Source of the DNA: Malacoraja senta
Taxonomy: Eukaryota
NCBI GenBank assembly: GCA_038087875.1
Contig: CM075992.1
Span: forward strand, 436,001 to 500,000
Direction of reading: 5' to 3'
Length of the DNA: 64,000 bases
Under the pieces are notes generated by a model. That model did no database searches, was not told the DNA's origin, and worked only from the letters and a program-made list of their open reading frames with translations. Positions 1 through 13,200 of the stretch are shown here, piece after piece. Both the position numbers and the translations under genes were made by a program. How positions within the stretch are numbered: the first letter of the stretch is position 1; every line of letters begins with the position of its first letter.

Positions 1-1363
1 CTGGCCTCAACTACCCTCTGTGGCAGAGAGTTCCAGAGATTCACCACTCTCTGTGTGAAAAAGTTTTTTCTCATCTCGGTCTTAAAGGATTTCCCCCTTA
101 TCCTTAATCTGTGACCCCTTGTCCTGGACTTCCCCAACATCGGGAACAATTTTCCTGCATCTAGCCTGTCCAACCCCATAAGAATTTTGTAAGTTTCTAT
201 AAGATCCCCTCTTAATCTCCTAAATTCTAGCCAGTATAAGCCAAGTCTATCCAGTCTTTCTTCATATGAAAGTCCTGACATCCCAGGAATCAGTCTGGTG
301 AACCTTCTCTGCACTCCCTCTCTGGCTATAATGTCCTTCCTCAGATTTGGAGACCAAAACTGTATGCAATACTCCAGGTGTGGTCTCACCAAGACCCTGT
401 ACAACTGCAGTAGAACCTCCCTGCTCCTATACTCAAATCCTTTTGCTATGAAAGCTAACATACCATTCGCTTTCTTCACTGCCTGCTGCACCTGCATGCC
501 TACTTTCAATGACTGGTGTACCATGACACCCAGGTCTCGCTGCATCTCCCCTTTTCCTAATCGGCCACCATTTAGATAATAGTCTGCTTTCCTGTTTTTG
601 CCACCTAAGTGGATAACCTCACATTTATCCACATTATACTGCATCTGCCAAACATTTGCCCACTCACCCAACCTATCCAAGTCACCTTGCAGTCTCCTAG
701 CATCCTCCTCACAGCTAACACTGCCCCCCAGCTTAGTGTCATCCGCAAACTTGGAGATGTTGCTTTCAATTCCCTCGTCCAGATCATTAATATAAATTGT
801 AAATAGCTGGGGTCCCAGCACTGAGCCTTGCGGTACCCCACTAGTCACTGCCTGCCATTGTGAAAGGACCCGTTTACTCCTACTCTTTGCTTCCTGTTTG
901 CCAGCCAGTTCTCTATCCACATCAATACTGAACCCCCAATACCGTGTGCTTTAAGTTTGTATACTAATCTCTTATGTGGTACCTTGTCGAAAGCCTTCTG
1001 AAAGTCCAGATACAACACATCCACTGGTTCTCCCCTATCCACTCTACTAGTTACATCCTCGAAAAATTCTATAAGATTCATCAGACACGATTTACCTTTC
1101 GTAAATCCATGCTGATTTTGTCCAATGATTTCACCACTTTCCAAATGTGCTGCTATCCCATCTTTAATAACTGACTCTAGCAGTTTCCCCACTACCGATG
1201 TTAGACTAACTGGTCTGTAAATCCCCGTTTTCTCTCTCCCTCCCTTCTTAAAAAGTGGGGTTACATTAGCTACCCTCCAATCCTCAGGAACTACTCCAGA
1301 ATCTAAAGAGTTTTGAAAAATTATCACTAATGCATCCACTATTTCTGGAGCTACTTCCTTAAG
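1..1363 (-). mobile_element. CR1-clade LINE, 5'-truncated ORF2 (RT) portion running off the window start; frameshifted
   Basis: Minus-strand ORF 845-1339 reads ...[13 protein letters not shown]...YRPVSLTS...[13 protein letters not shown]. The sequence is nearly identical to the reverse complement of 49192-50550. A 1-nt deletion near 864 breaks the frame. Confidence 0.95.
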
Positions 1364-1483
1364 ACTGGAGAATGGCAGAATAGACTTGATGGGCCGAATG
1401 GCCTAATTCGGCCCCTATGATTAAAACAAATATCCCTGCACTGCCCGGCCTCTTGTAGCCGCTGCTCCCGGTGCCGCTCGGGC

Positions 1484-1539
1484 CTCCAGTCTCCAGTCTC
1501 CAGTCTCCAGTCTCCAGTCTCCAGTCTCCAGTCTGCAGT
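1484..1539. repeat. (CTCCAGT)n heptamer tandem repeat, 7 perfect + 1 degenerate unit
   Basis: Read directly from sequence. Confidence 0.95.
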
Positions 1540-1760
1540 CTCCCGCTACCGGCGATGATGCCCCACTACCTGAGCCCAGGCCTTCTCTCCGCCGCCTGCC
1601 TGGGCCGGGGGGCGGGACATCGGTCGCCATGGCAACGGCCAATCCCGCGGCGTCGGCGGCGCTGAGTGACGGGGCCCAGGGCCAATGGCAGCGCGCGTGG
1701 CGGGGGCGGGCGGCCCGGAGACAAGATGGGGGGCGTGAGGCTGGAGATCGCGCGGGTAGG
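1540..1760. promoter_or_regulatory. CpG-island promoter of PET100 with RFX X-box, CCAAT boxes and GC boxes
   Basis: CpG-rich. GTCGCCATGGCAAC at 1623-1636 fits the X-box consensus. CCAAT at 1639-1643 and 1682-1686; GGGGCGGG near 1609 and 1703. Confidence 0.75.
1726..1755 (+). CDS. PET100: PET100 exon 1 (MGGVRLEIAR)
   Basis: ATG at 1726; donor CGG|GTAGGA. Confidence 0.9.
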
Positions 1761-4700
1761 AGAGGGGAAAGGTGGGGAAGGGAGAAGAGAGGGGGGAGAG
1801 GGGAGATGGGAGATGGCAGGGGTAACGTGCGGCGGGGAAAGGGGTGAGAGAGAGTATAAAGGGGGTAACGCGGGGTGGGGGGGACGAGGGGAAAACCCCC
1901 GAGGCCTGAGGGGTGGATGAGAGCCTCACGGGAAGCTGCAGGAGGGTCACTCACACTGGGCCAGGAGTCACTCACACTGGGCCAGGTGTCACTCACACTG
2001 GGCCAGGAGTCACTCACACTGGGCCAGGTGTCACTCACACTGGGCCAGGAGTCACTCACACTGGGCCAGGTGTCACTCACACTGGGCCAGGAGTCACTCA
2101 CACTGGGCCAGGTGTCACTCACACTGGGCCAGGTGTCACTCACACTGGGCCAGGTGTCACTCACACTGGGCCAGGTGTCACTCACACTGGGCCAGTGGTG
2201 GCTCACAGTGGGTCAGAGGGTGTTGACACTGGGCCAGAGGTGGGATGGTGCAGGGGGGGTCTGAGTTTGGCACTCCGAGGAGATGGCTCACACTGGGTTT
2301 AGAGGGCATGCACACTAGGCCAGAGGTGGCTACAGGCCAATGATTAAGGCACTGCAGAGACTGAGTTTGGAGGGAAGAGTTAACAGGAACACAAGGAATG
2401 CAGATGTGGAATCAGAAACAACACACACATGTTCTGTAGGAAGTCAGACACCAAAAACTGAGTAACTCAGCGGGACAGGCAGCATCTCTGAACAGAAGGA
2501 ATGGGTGACGTTTCGGGGCGAGACCCTTCAGACTTGGAAGTCAGCTGGTCAGGCAGCATCTTTGAAGGGACATGCTGATTTAAAATAAGGGGCAGTTATT
2601 TAAAACTGAGGTGCATAAAAATGTACCAGAAGGCAAAAAATCCCTGCCCCTGAGTTATGAGAAAGGTGTTTAAAAGGCTTTTAGATATGCAGGGTTATGG
2701 ATTATGTGCAGGCAGATAAGAGTTTGATCTTGGCATTATGTTCGGCACAGACATTGTGGGCTGAAGGGCCTGTTCACGTGCTCCACTATTCTATCTTTCT
2801 GAGGTAGTGGAGACTAGATATGTAGATATAATCTCCACCTGTTGAGATCTTATTGAAATCTTTCTGACATTCCAAATACATGAAATCTTCAGATCGTTCC
2901 GTTACTGCTCCAGCAGATACATCTTCAAAGAACTTCCAGTTGATTAGCTAAACATGACTTACCATTCATAATTCGATGTTGACTCTTGTCAACCATATTG
3001 TTAATTTCTTAAGTATTTTACTATCACATCCTTTATTATATATCCCAGTGCTTCCCTGCTATGATATCAGGCTAACAAATTAGTAGTTCCCAATTTCTCT
3101 TCCTCCTTTACTAATCGTCAATCTGCAGGGACCATTTCAAGGCCTATAGAAGCGTGGAGAATGGAGAGAGGGGTGGAAATAGCATGGGCATTTCCAGCAT
3201 TTTCTGTTTTATTTCAGGTTTCTAGCATCTGCATTTTAAAAAATGTCAAGGAAGTTAATACCATTGTTCTCCCACTGTCCATCATCCATCAACAGGACAA
3301 ATATTTTTTGTCTGTAGAACTCGACTCTGCATGAATTTTCTATAGTACTGTACTTCCTATATTTCAATAATGTTGCATTGCAGAAGTACTTGATTAACTG
3401 TAAAGCATTTGAGAAATGCTGAGGTTATGAAAGGACTAGAATGAACCAAAGTAAAGAGAATGTTTCCATATAATGGAGTGTTCATAAATAAACGGTGATC
3501 ACTGTTAATCGGACAACATTTGGCAAGTGATTGGTGCAGAGGTTGGGATCACTACAAACTGTACAACTCCCCCTTCTGTGGTGGGGTTGACTGACTCCCC
3601 TTCCCCTCCCCAATCCTGGACTTTCCACTCATCACTTTAATTTCATGTATCTTGTGTTTTGTGACTGTTGGCAGATCAATTTCCCTCCTGGGATAAATAA
3701 AGTTCTATCATATCAGTGATTGGTGCAGAGGCAGACAAGTGCAACCGGATAGGGATGGGCAGATGGGACCAGGTAGAGGATTGGGGTGGAAAATGGTCAA
3801 AGTAACAGAGGGTGAAGAAACCTGGCTGGACAGTTGAGTGTGTGGGAGAAGCTTCTGTTCCACCCTCTCTTCCTTTGCCATAACCTGGCAATCTTTCCTC
3901 TTCCCTCCCGGTCCTGATGCAGGGTCTCCACAGATGGTGCTTGACCTGCTGAATTCTTCCAACATTCTGTTTCTTTGTTTAAGATTCCTGCCTCTGCAGA
4001 CCCTTTGCTCTTCTTTGTGTTGATCGGATACTTTATTTTGTTGGTGAATTTGAATAGGTTTGTCATAAACTATGAAACATTTTCACAACTTTTTGACGCA
4101 TTTATGCTGAACGTGTATTGAATTTTCAATTTTATTTCCAATTCCTTGCGTCTGCCATGTTATATGTTGTACGTAGAGTTTTATTGAAATGTTTTCTCAT
4201 AACTTTTCCTCTAAAATCTTTTTATTCCATTGCTTCAATTTTATTTAGTCAACTCTGCCTTTTTTCTCATCCTTTATTCTGATCATTTCTTACAATTACA
4301 TTTTTCATTTACTTTCTGTAGTTCATTGATCATTGTGTCCTGTGTTTTCATGTTGTCTCTGCTGGAGATAGCAGTCATGTTGAGACTAATTTACATGGGA
4401 GATGTAAAAAACTGCTGAATTATTTGAGCAGTTATTTAGAACTCATTCCATTCAGCGAGACATTTGCACATCCTTCATTACCTGTGCAGTGAAGAACTCT
4501 GTTCCATGTCGTAGGTGGTTTGATTTCTTAACAGAGTGCAGAAGTATTTCTCGTTATAAAACAAATTTCTATCATCTCAGAGAGAATTGCTTATTGCAAT
4601 GTGATGGTCCAACTCAGCATGGGGTTTAGCTTTGAAGTTCAAATTCATAACAAGATATGTAAACAAATAGCCATTTTCGCATCTGACTCACAAGGATGAA

Positions 4701-7142
4701 GAAGTGATGAGAGTACAGAACAGTTGTGTTGTGTCTGACGATGTTTGTGCCAAATATGTCAAATTAAACTCATCTCTCCTGTCTGCACATGATCCATATC
4801 CCTCCATTCTCTGCATATCCAGGTGCTTATCTAAAGGCCTCTCAGACGCTACCATCTTTTCTGCTTCCACCACCACCCCTGGCTGTGTAACAGGGCCCCA
4901 CTACTCAGTGTAAACAAAAAGCTTGCCCCACACATCTCTTGCACCCCGTCCAAAGTCAATAGATGTAACTTATCTATCAATTCGTGGTCATTAGAAGTTG
5001 TTAAAGTGAAGGTAGATGTATTTTTTGATTTTTGAAGGAAAGTCCCACCTGAAAATGTCTTCTGGCTATTCCCTCCACAGATGCTGCCTGACCCACAGTT
5101 CCTCCAGCGGCTTATGTTTTGCACAAGATTGCAACATCTGCAGTCTATTGTGTGTCTAATTGTTTGAAAGATTGGGGAATTGAGGGCTGTGAGTTAAATG
5201 CAGAGATTCAGCCCTGGAGTAAATCAGCCATGGTTTTATTGAATGACAAAGCAGAATTGAGGGGGGGCAGATGGCCTACTCTTTTGTTCTTGTCTTGTGT
5301 AAAGTTGCATTTGATTTCTGAAACACCACGTTGCAACTTGTGGATACGGAGTTTGTACGTTCTCCCCGTGAACTGCATGAGTTTTCTCCGAGATCTTCGG
5401 TTTCCTCCCACACTCCAAAGACGTACAGGTTTATAGGTTAATTGGCTTGGTAAATGTAAAAATTATCCCTAGTGGGTGTAGGGCAGTGTTAATGTGCGGG
5501 GATCGCTGGTCGGTGTGGGCCTGGTGGGCCGAAGGGTCTGTTTCCGCGCTGTATCTCTAAACTAAACTAAACTAAATCTGATTGTGCTTTTCTTTGTTTC
5601 AGATGTTCATTTACCTGTCATTTCCTGTGACAGTGTTTTGGATCTCAAATCAAGCAGAGTACTTTGAAGAATATGTCGTCAAAAGAAAGGTCAGTGTTAT
5701 GAGATGCATTTTGCAGTTGTTCACCAGATAAAATTGAAATGAATACTAGGACTGGAATTTGAGAGAACCTGCTGAGATGTTCCAACAAGCCTGCAGATAG
5801 TTTTTTATTAACATTACCCTCTTGTTAGATTAAAGCTTGAATGCATAAGAATCTGTGTATTTCCTCCTGGTCAGATTTGGAGCTCTACTGATGGCAAACG
5901 ACTCCTGGGAATTTGAACGTGAAGCACTGTGAAATGGTAGAATGCATGTTAACAAGGTGGATTCTATATTCTGCTCATAGTAGCACTCGTGGCCTTTGCT
6001 GGAACTTCAAACAGTTTTTAAAAATCCCATTGTATTATGGCATCCATGTTCTTCAAGCACCATTTCCAATTTGTATTTTTCCAGAGAGAAATCTATCCGC
6101 CAGAAGAGAAGATGCACGTAAGTAGCTGAGCTCCTGATCCCATATATAACATAATTGTTGTCAATGCAAGTAACCGGTTATAGATAAACAATGAGCACAT
6201 TTCACCACTTTTATCAAAGTACATTTGTTATTTACATCGAGGGTTTAACTCCCTGCTTATTCCTGGCATTTGGGATGAGAGTCTCACACAGCTGCAGTTC
6301 CTTGTGAATAATATGGCTGCTTGGCATTAACCTTCAATAATTGCAAAACTGATGCTTTTATTTCATGGAATGACCACAGATTTTTTAAATATATGTGATC
6401 ACATTTATCTGTTGTTTAGTTTTATTTAGAATTTGCAAAGATGGTCATTGACCGCCAACATTAAGCTGGAGAGAGTACAGAGAAAACTTACAAGGAGGGC
6501 CTGAAGTATAGGGTGAGGTTGGGCAGGCTAGGACTAGTGACTGCATAGGGTAAGGGAATCAAGAACCAGAGGAGATAGGTTTAAGGTGAGAGCGGAAAGA
6601 TTTAGTTGTTATCAGGCAACTGAACCATCCTATCACAACCAGAGAGCAGTCCTGAAATACTGTCTACCTCATTGGTGACCCTCGGACTATCCTTGATCGG
6701 ACTTTGCTGGCTTCACCTTACACTAAACGTTATTTCCTTATCATGTATCTATACATTGTAAATAGCTCGATTATAATATGTATTGTCTTTCTGCTGACTG
6801 GATAGCACGCAACAAAAGCTTTTCACCGTATCTCGGTACACGTGACAACAAACTAAATTTAACTCATATGTACTTGAGGGCCAACCTTTTCACTCAGTTG
6901 TTAGTTGTGAAAGTACCTAACTTGCCTTTGATACACCCTCATCCACAGGAGCTGGTGAGCGCTTGTTATATATCCTCACTTACACATATCTTTCAAGTGA
7001 GTTCAGCCCCTGAGCTGTTTCTAATGATGCTCGTTTCTGATCACAGCGCAAAGAACTGGAAGACTTCAAGGAACGGATGAGGGTGAAGCGGGAACAGAAA
7101 CTCCTGCGTCAAGCAGAAACACAGAAAGTTCCGGAACAGTAA
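1726..7142 (+). CDS. PET100: PET100 cytochrome c oxidase chaperone, 4 coding exons, 81 aa
   Basis: Exons 1726-1755, 5603-5689, 6085-6117 and 7047-7142, all GT-AG phase 0. Spliced protein: MGGVRLEIARMFIYLSFPVTVFWISNQAEYFEEYVVKRKREIYPPEEKMHRKELEDFKERMRVKREQKLLRQAETQKVPEQ. It matches the PET100 family (human MGVKLEIFRMIIYLTFPVAMFWVSNQAEWFE...) and lies upstream of STXBP2 as in human. Confidence 0.95.
1946..2240. repeat. 21-bp minisatellite (GTCACTCACACTGGGCCAGGW)n, about 12 units plus degenerate tail, PET100 intron 1
   Basis: Read directly; explains the repetitive ORFs 1421-2206, 1875-2264 and 1913-2302. Confidence 0.95.
5341..5577 (+). mobile_element. tRNA-derived SINE (HE1/V-SINE-like), 5'-truncated
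   Basis: V-domain-like GGAGTTTGTACGTTCTCCCCGTG...CTCCCACACTCCAAAGAC and (TAAAC)n tail, shared with many copies in the window. Confidence 0.85.
5603..5689 (+). CDS. PET100: PET100 exon 2
   Basis: tttcag|ATGTTC...AGAAAG|gtcagt; MFIYLSFPVTVFWISNQAEYFEEYVVKRK. Confidence 0.95.
6085..6117 (+). CDS. PET100: PET100 exon 3
   Basis: ttccag|AGAGAA...ATGCAC|gtaagt; REIYPPEEKMH. Confidence 0.92.
6604..6865 (+). mobile_element. Rex1/Babar-like LINE 3' end
   Basis: Shares sequence with 59700-60000, which encodes a ...RFRDSFFPAVIRQLN C-terminus, and with 21715-21870 and 61580-61700. Confidence 0.65.
7047..7142 (+). CDS. PET100: PET100 exon 4 (terminal)
   Basis: tcacag|CGCAAA...CAG TAA; RKELEDFKERMRVKREQKLLRQAETQKVPEQ*. 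Confidence 0.95.
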   Translation, partial: RKELEDFKERMRVKREQKLLRQAETQKVPEQ

Positions 7143-7302
7143 TACAGAATCAGAAGTTGCCGGTACTTACGGGCAAAACTTCAATTGATGCAGCCTGTTG
7201 GAATTTTGCAAAATTATTATTTCTTCAGGGGAGTTTTATCAGCATATCTTACCATTACCTTACCATTTCTGTCATGACCTGATGAACTTAAGTTATTTTT
7301 TA

Positions 7303-7308
7303 AATAAA
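7303..7308 (+). terminator. Candidate PET100 polyadenylation signal AATAAA
   Basis: First AATAAA 160 nt after the stop, followed by T/GT-rich sequence. Confidence 0.55.
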
Positions 7309-7961
7309 ATTATTGAGTATAATTATACTGCGGCAACAACTGTTTTACACACTTTGACTTGGTTGCTTTTTTAATTTTGGAATTGACATTGATGCGTTAA
7401 CCTCTGGCGGTTATCTGAGCAGGGATAATACATGAGGTCACGGCTGCACTTTGCTGGGCTTTAAACTGAGTCAACCTAGTTTTGACTCCTGTATTGGTCT
7501 GAATTTAACGAAATGAGGTAGGTGTTGATTCATTTAAAGCTTAAAGTTGTCTGTATTTTGCTAATGCCAATGCAAAGGCATATGTTCCACCTGCTTTGTC
7601 TCAGGGCTTGCCAGTGAGAAGTCTGAAGAAGGGTCTTGACCTGAAACGTCCTCCGTTCCTTCTCTCCAGAAATGCTGCTTGTCCCGCTGAGTTCCTCCAG
7701 CATTTGTATGCATATCCCTGCAAGTGAGAGTTGTGCCAAAGCCAAAATGATGACAAAACAGAAACAGTTTCTAAACACAGGCTCCTTTTTAATACTTCTA
7801 TCTAGAGGATGTGTTTGATTTATAACATTGATGGCTCACCTCACTATGCATGCTTGGTCCAAAAAAATGTGTTTGCATGAGAGAGAAAAATAAAACTGAA
7901 GAAATAGCGACAGGCTGCTCTCATGGGGAAACTAGGTTGGCCCAGATAGTTATTTTAGTAA

Positions 7962-8091
7962 TGTGTAGGAAAGAACTGCAGATGCTGGTTTAAATCAAAG
8001 GCAGACACAAAATGCTGGAGTAACTCTGCATCTCTGGAGAGAAGGAATGGGTGACGTTTCGGGTCGAGACCCTTCTTCAGACTGACTTGTA
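7962..8091 (-). mobile_element. Short Penelope-like pLTR-derived element with hammerhead ribozyme core
   Basis: Minus strand 8053-8080 = CTGAAGAAGGGTCTCGACCCGAAACGTC; flanked by direct repeat TATTTTAGTAA (7951-7961 / 8092-8102). Confidence 0.8.
8053..8080 (-). ncRNA. Minimal type I hammerhead ribozyme motif (consensus copy)
   Basis: CUGAAGA-A-[GGGU CUCG ACCC]-GAAA-CG-UC: conserved core, 4-bp stem II and palindromic ACGU minimal stem III. Confidence 0.7.
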
Positions 8092-9356
8092 TATTTTAGT
8101 AAAATATACAAGCTGGGTTTTACAGACTTTGATATCAGGTCACACAGAATGACTTTGACATTAGCTTGGGTGACATTATGGAGAAAAAATAATTGAATAC
8201 ATAAGCATTCGTAGGGTGAGTCATGGGACAGGTGAAATTGTAAATATCAAAAAGTTACAGAGAACCAAGAGAGAACATTACAGGTGACAATTTGCATTTA
8301 TACAGAGCCTATAATGTTACAATGTTTTGAGATGTTAGCAAATAAATTTGATACTAAGCTATGTTAGGAGATATTGAACTATTTGCCCAAAACCAATATT
8401 CTAAGGAGGGTCGTAAAATGGTCGGGAGAGATGAAGAAGTTTATGGAATTCCAGAGCTTGTGGTCAAGGTAGCTGAAGGCACAAAAGACTGCAGATGCTG
8501 GAATCTAGAGCTGTAAACAGTGCTGCAGGGCCTCAGTGGGTCAGGCAGCATCTGTGGAGGGATTGGACGGATGGTATTTTGGGTCGGGACCCCTCTTCAG
8601 ATGGATCCGTCTCCGGAATTTTGAGCTGAAGGTACAATATGGAGATGCAGGAAAGATCAGCGCACAGTGTCGATCACAAAGCAAACAGGAAGAGAAATCT
8701 TACAGTGAAAAGGCTTGGTATATCTGTTCTGATGCAGTGCAAGGGAACAAGAGCTCGTGATGCTTTATTTCTGAGCAAATTAACAGAAGCAATTATCATT
8801 TTAAGAACGTGACAGAAGGAAATTAGTTACAGTCTGTGTGACAACAAGTGCATTAATTTAATGAGTGTAATTGCTCGGAACAGTAGGGTCAGAATTAGGG
8901 AAACAACAAAACAGTCTGTGGGTTCAGGCACCTGCTCACATGTATTATTTTCACCAAATCATAATCAGTCAAGCATTCTTCATTGCTCCCTTTTTATTAT
9001 CCCAAAATAACATATTATGGTTGTGCTGAAAGCAACTTGTGTATTCAGGAGGTGTGATTACTGTTTTTATCCGTTCTGGTGGAAGTGATTGATTGACATT
9101 TTCTAAACTAGGTGCACTAGAGGGTTTGCTTTAACTCTGAATTCCCTTTCTAAAAGCATAGATGGTTGGAGTGTCTGGTAAGTTATCATTATCTCTGTGG
9201 GGCAGGACATCTTTAGTCTATTAAACAACAGGCTGTTGTCCTTCAAACTAATTTGCTTGTACTGAACCTTTTTAACAAGCGGCTCAATTCAAACATTACA
9301 TTGATTATTGTCTTTGAAAGGCTCAGGAAACATTTTGTATGGAAATGGTAGTTATA

Positions 9357-9660
9357 GGCGACAGAATGGCGCAGCGGTAGAGTTGCTGCCTCACAGCGCT
9401 TTTAGCACCAGAGATACGGGTTCAATCCCGACTACGGGTGCTGTCTGCACGGAGTTTGTACGTTCTCCCCGTGACTGCGTGGGTTATCTCCGAGATCATC
9501 CGTTTCCTCCCACATTTCAAAGACGTACAGGTTTGTAAGTTAATTGGTTTACAATTTACCTTGCAATTGGCCCTAGTGTGTGTAGGATAGTGTTAATGTG
9601 CGGGGAGAACGTACAAACTCCGTGCTGCTTTCTGCGCTGTGTCTCAAAGCTAAACTGAAA
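9357..9660 (+). mobile_element. tRNA-derived SINE (HE1/V-SINE-like)
   Basis: A-box-like TGGCGCAGCGG, B-box-like GGTTCAATCCC, V-domain. Confidence 0.85.
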
Positions 9661-10216
9661 GACCACACCTGAAGTATTGTGTGCAGTTTTGGTCACCTAA
9701 TTTGAGGAAGGACATTATTGCTATCGAGGGAGTGCAGTGTTGGTTCACCAGGTTAATTCCCGGGATGGTGGGACTGACATATGATGAAAGAATGGGTCAA
9801 CTGAGCTTGTATTCGATGGAATTTAGAAGGATGAGAGGATATCTTATAAAAACATATAAAATTCTTAAAGGCTAGATGCAGGAAAAATGTTCTCGATGTT
9901 GGGGGAGTCCAGAACCAGGGGTCACAGTTTAAGAATAAAGGGGTAAGCCATTTTGGACTGAGATGAGGAAAAACTTCTTCACCCAGAGAGTTGTGAATCT
10001 GTGGAATTCACTGCCACAGAAGGCAGTGAAGGCCAATTCACTGGATGTTTTCAAGACAGAGTTAGATTTAGCTCTTGGGGCTAAAGGAATCAAGGGATAT
10101 GGGGGAAAAAGCAGGCACGGGGTACTGATTTTAGATGATCAGCCATGATCATATTGAATGGCGGTGCTGGCTCGAAGGGCCGAATGGCCTACTGCACCTA
10201 TTTTTCTATGTTTCTA
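9660..10216 (+). mobile_element. CR1 LINE 3' fragment
   Basis: Encodes [11 protein letters not shown]... and [18 protein letters not shown]; ends in TTCTATG-type tail like 50700-50735. Confidence 0.9.
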
Positions 10217-13200
10217 AAACAAAACTCTATTTTTAAACAATTTGCATTGAGCTATTTATTACCCAATGTGGGAATCAATTTTGTAACAAGAATCTAACTG
10301 GTAAATCTGCCAGCACATGCATCAGGACTTTGCATTTGCATGTGATATTGGTTTTAAGGCTTGGAGAGCCTGAATCTGCTCATCCTGTAACCCCTCTCCC
10401 CTGCCAGCACTGACATTGTGATAAATACATGTAAGCTACTCTTACAGTAAGCTTTATCCTCACTCCCTGTACCACCAGCCGCCACCTCTGGAATCATCAG
10501 TATCGCTAAATGGTTATGAAGTCATACCGCACAGAAACAGGTCCTTCGGCCCAACTCGTCCATATCGGCTCAGCTGCCCCATCTATACTAGTCCAATTTA
10601 CACCTGTTTCCCCATGTCCTTCTAAAGCTTTCCCATCCATGTACCTGTCCTTTAGGTGTTGTGATAGTCCCTGCCTCAGCTATTTCCTCTGGCAGCTCGT
10701 TCCATATACCCACCATCGTCTGAGTGAAAAGGTTTCCCCTCGGGTTCCTATTAAATATTTCCCCTCTCGCCTTAAACCTACACCCTCTTTTTCCTGACTT
10801 CCCCAATCCTGGGAAAAAGATCCTGTAAATTCACCCTATCCTCCTCGTGATTTTATACACCTTTATAAGATCACCCCTCCGCATCCTGCACTGCAAGGAA
10901 TGAAGTCCCAGCCTGCCAAGCCTCTCCCTGTAGCCCAGGCCCTCTAGTTGACCATCCCTATAGAAGCTCCACTGATGAGGATAGGGAGCATGCTGTTGTG
11001 TTCACCCCCTCACTTCCACTGTTGTCCATGTTAATCGGGAGAAGTCGCTGTTGCTTCCTTTGTTCTTTAACAACACTCTATTAGTGGTGCAAGATCATCT
11101 TTCTGCTGATTACCTATATCCAAAACGTTTACTCAAAGATCTTTATCAAACGCTGTCTTTCCCCTCCATGTGCATGCCAGCTATTTTTTTTATTTTAACA
11201 AGGATTTCAACAACAGTGCCTTCAAAATGCAGTTCATAAAAATGTTAATTGCTTGGCTAATGCATTTATATTTTTAGTCATTTTTTTAGGAGAATTTTTG
11301 TTTATGCAAATGACAGGCAATTTCTGGAGGAAAGGTTATCCAAACCAGCGGCGTGAAGGAGCCTATTCAGTGTCGTAAACAACCCTTAACGCACAGTCCT
11401 AACAGCCCTACCATTTAATTGGATACATTAATTAACACAACTCTCATACTTTTTTTAGCTTTAACTATTCTCTGATCATGAGCCAAGAAACAAAAGGGTG
11501 TATGTAGGAAGGAATTGCAGATGTTGGTTTACCCCGAAGATAGACACAAAATACTGGAGTAACTCACCGGGTCAGGCAGCATCTCTGGAGAGAAGGAATG
11601 GGTGACGCTTTGGGTATCTATTCTACATTTTCCTTGATATTTGTCCCCTTTGATGTCTCGTTTTCACACCTACCCTTCCATATCTCTGTGTTTCTCTCTC
11701 GCCTGACTCTCAGTCTGAAGGATATTGATCCGGAACGTCACCCATTTCTTTTCTCCAGAGATGCTGCCTGACCCGCTAAGAAACTAAAGGGCCTCGGCTG
11801 AATCTTGTATTAATTATATTTGTATAAAAATCTTGCCTTTGTGTGGCACTGTTTGTGAACTCTCAGTCACGGAGCTGTGCAGCATGGAAACGGCCTTCAG
11901 CCCACCTTGTCCATGCCGACCAAGTTGGCATATTAGGTCAGTTACATTTTCCTGCATTTGCCCCATATCCTTCCAATCCCTTCCTATCCATAATTCTGTT
12001 AAATGCTTCCATAGCTTCCTCTAGCAGCTCATTCCAGATACAGACTACTCTCTGAGTTGCCCCTAAGGTTTATTTTAAATCTTCCCCTCTCACCTTAAGC
12101 CCTTGCCCTCTAGTTTTCCAATTCTCTACTCTGGACATTCACTTTATCCATGCCCCTCAGGATCTTGTACACCTCCATAAAGTCACCCCTCAGCCTCCAA
12201 TGCTGCAAAGAGAAATATCCCATTCCCTAGTTGGAAGAAATATCCAGCTTAATTAAACCTGGAAGCATCCTGGTGAATCTCTTCTGCACCCTTTCCAACG
12301 TATAGTATTCTCGCATCTTCAAGGATGAAAGGAGGTCAAGAAGAAAGAATAAGTGAAGGAAATCAACTTGATTTTAAAGATTTTAAATTAATGGATTCTC
12401 CTTGATATTCAAAAAGCTTTCATCTTTGTATTCATTGATTAATGGCATCAAAGCCACTTTTTTGGCATGTTGTGTAATTCATACAAAGTTCATAAGTGAA
12501 AGGAGCAGAATTAGGCCATTCAGCCCATCAAGTCTACTCCGCCATTCAATCATGGCTGATCTGTCTCTCCCTCATAACCCCATTCTCCTGCCTTCTCCCC
12601 ATATGCCCCGACACCGGTACTAATCAAAGTTACTAATCTGTGATCACCCGTGATCTGATGGAGGACAAATGATAAATAGGTGAATGGATATGCATGATAG
12701 AGGAAGGCATAGTCCTTCTAAATTATCTGACATGAAGAACTTATTGAAATAACAGTTCAAGAAAGATTGAGATTGTTTCAAAGTTGGACTGGAATCGTGA
12801 AATAGCTTTCTAATCTCCTGAAACACATGCAAATGATTATTGGGGGAATTGATAGGGTGAATGCACAGAGTGGGGGAATCGGGAACCAGGGGGCATAGGT
12901 TTATGGTGAGTGAGGAGACATTTAATAGGAACCTGAGGGGAAACCTTTTCTCACAGGGAGTAGTGGTTATATGGAACGAGCTATCAGAAGATGCAGTCGA
13001 GGCAAGTAGTACAACAAGATTTAAAAGACATTTGGACAGGTAAATGGATAGGAAAGGTTTAGGGGGATGTGGGCCAAATGGGACCAGTGTAGATGGGCCT
13101 TGTTGGTCAATGTGAACAAGTCGGGCCGTAGGGCCTGTTTCCATACTGTATGACTTTAAAAGGAAACATGCATATTTCGTGACATGAATACGACTTCAAG

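Noticed and set aside
1421..2302. Long ORFs (261, 129 and 129 aa) with SVSDTWP / SLTLGQ / VTHTGPG repeats
   Set aside because: Artefacts of the stop-free 21-bp minisatellite and GC-rich island
9357..9440. tRNA gene
   Set aside because: tRNA-like head of a SINE followed by V-domain and tail; no complete cloverleaf
12644..12830. Minus-strand exon-like segment (EIRKLFHDSSPTLKQ...) as PCP2 or another gene
   Set aside because: No GoLoco or other recognisable motif; the ORF is largely antisense CR1 sequence
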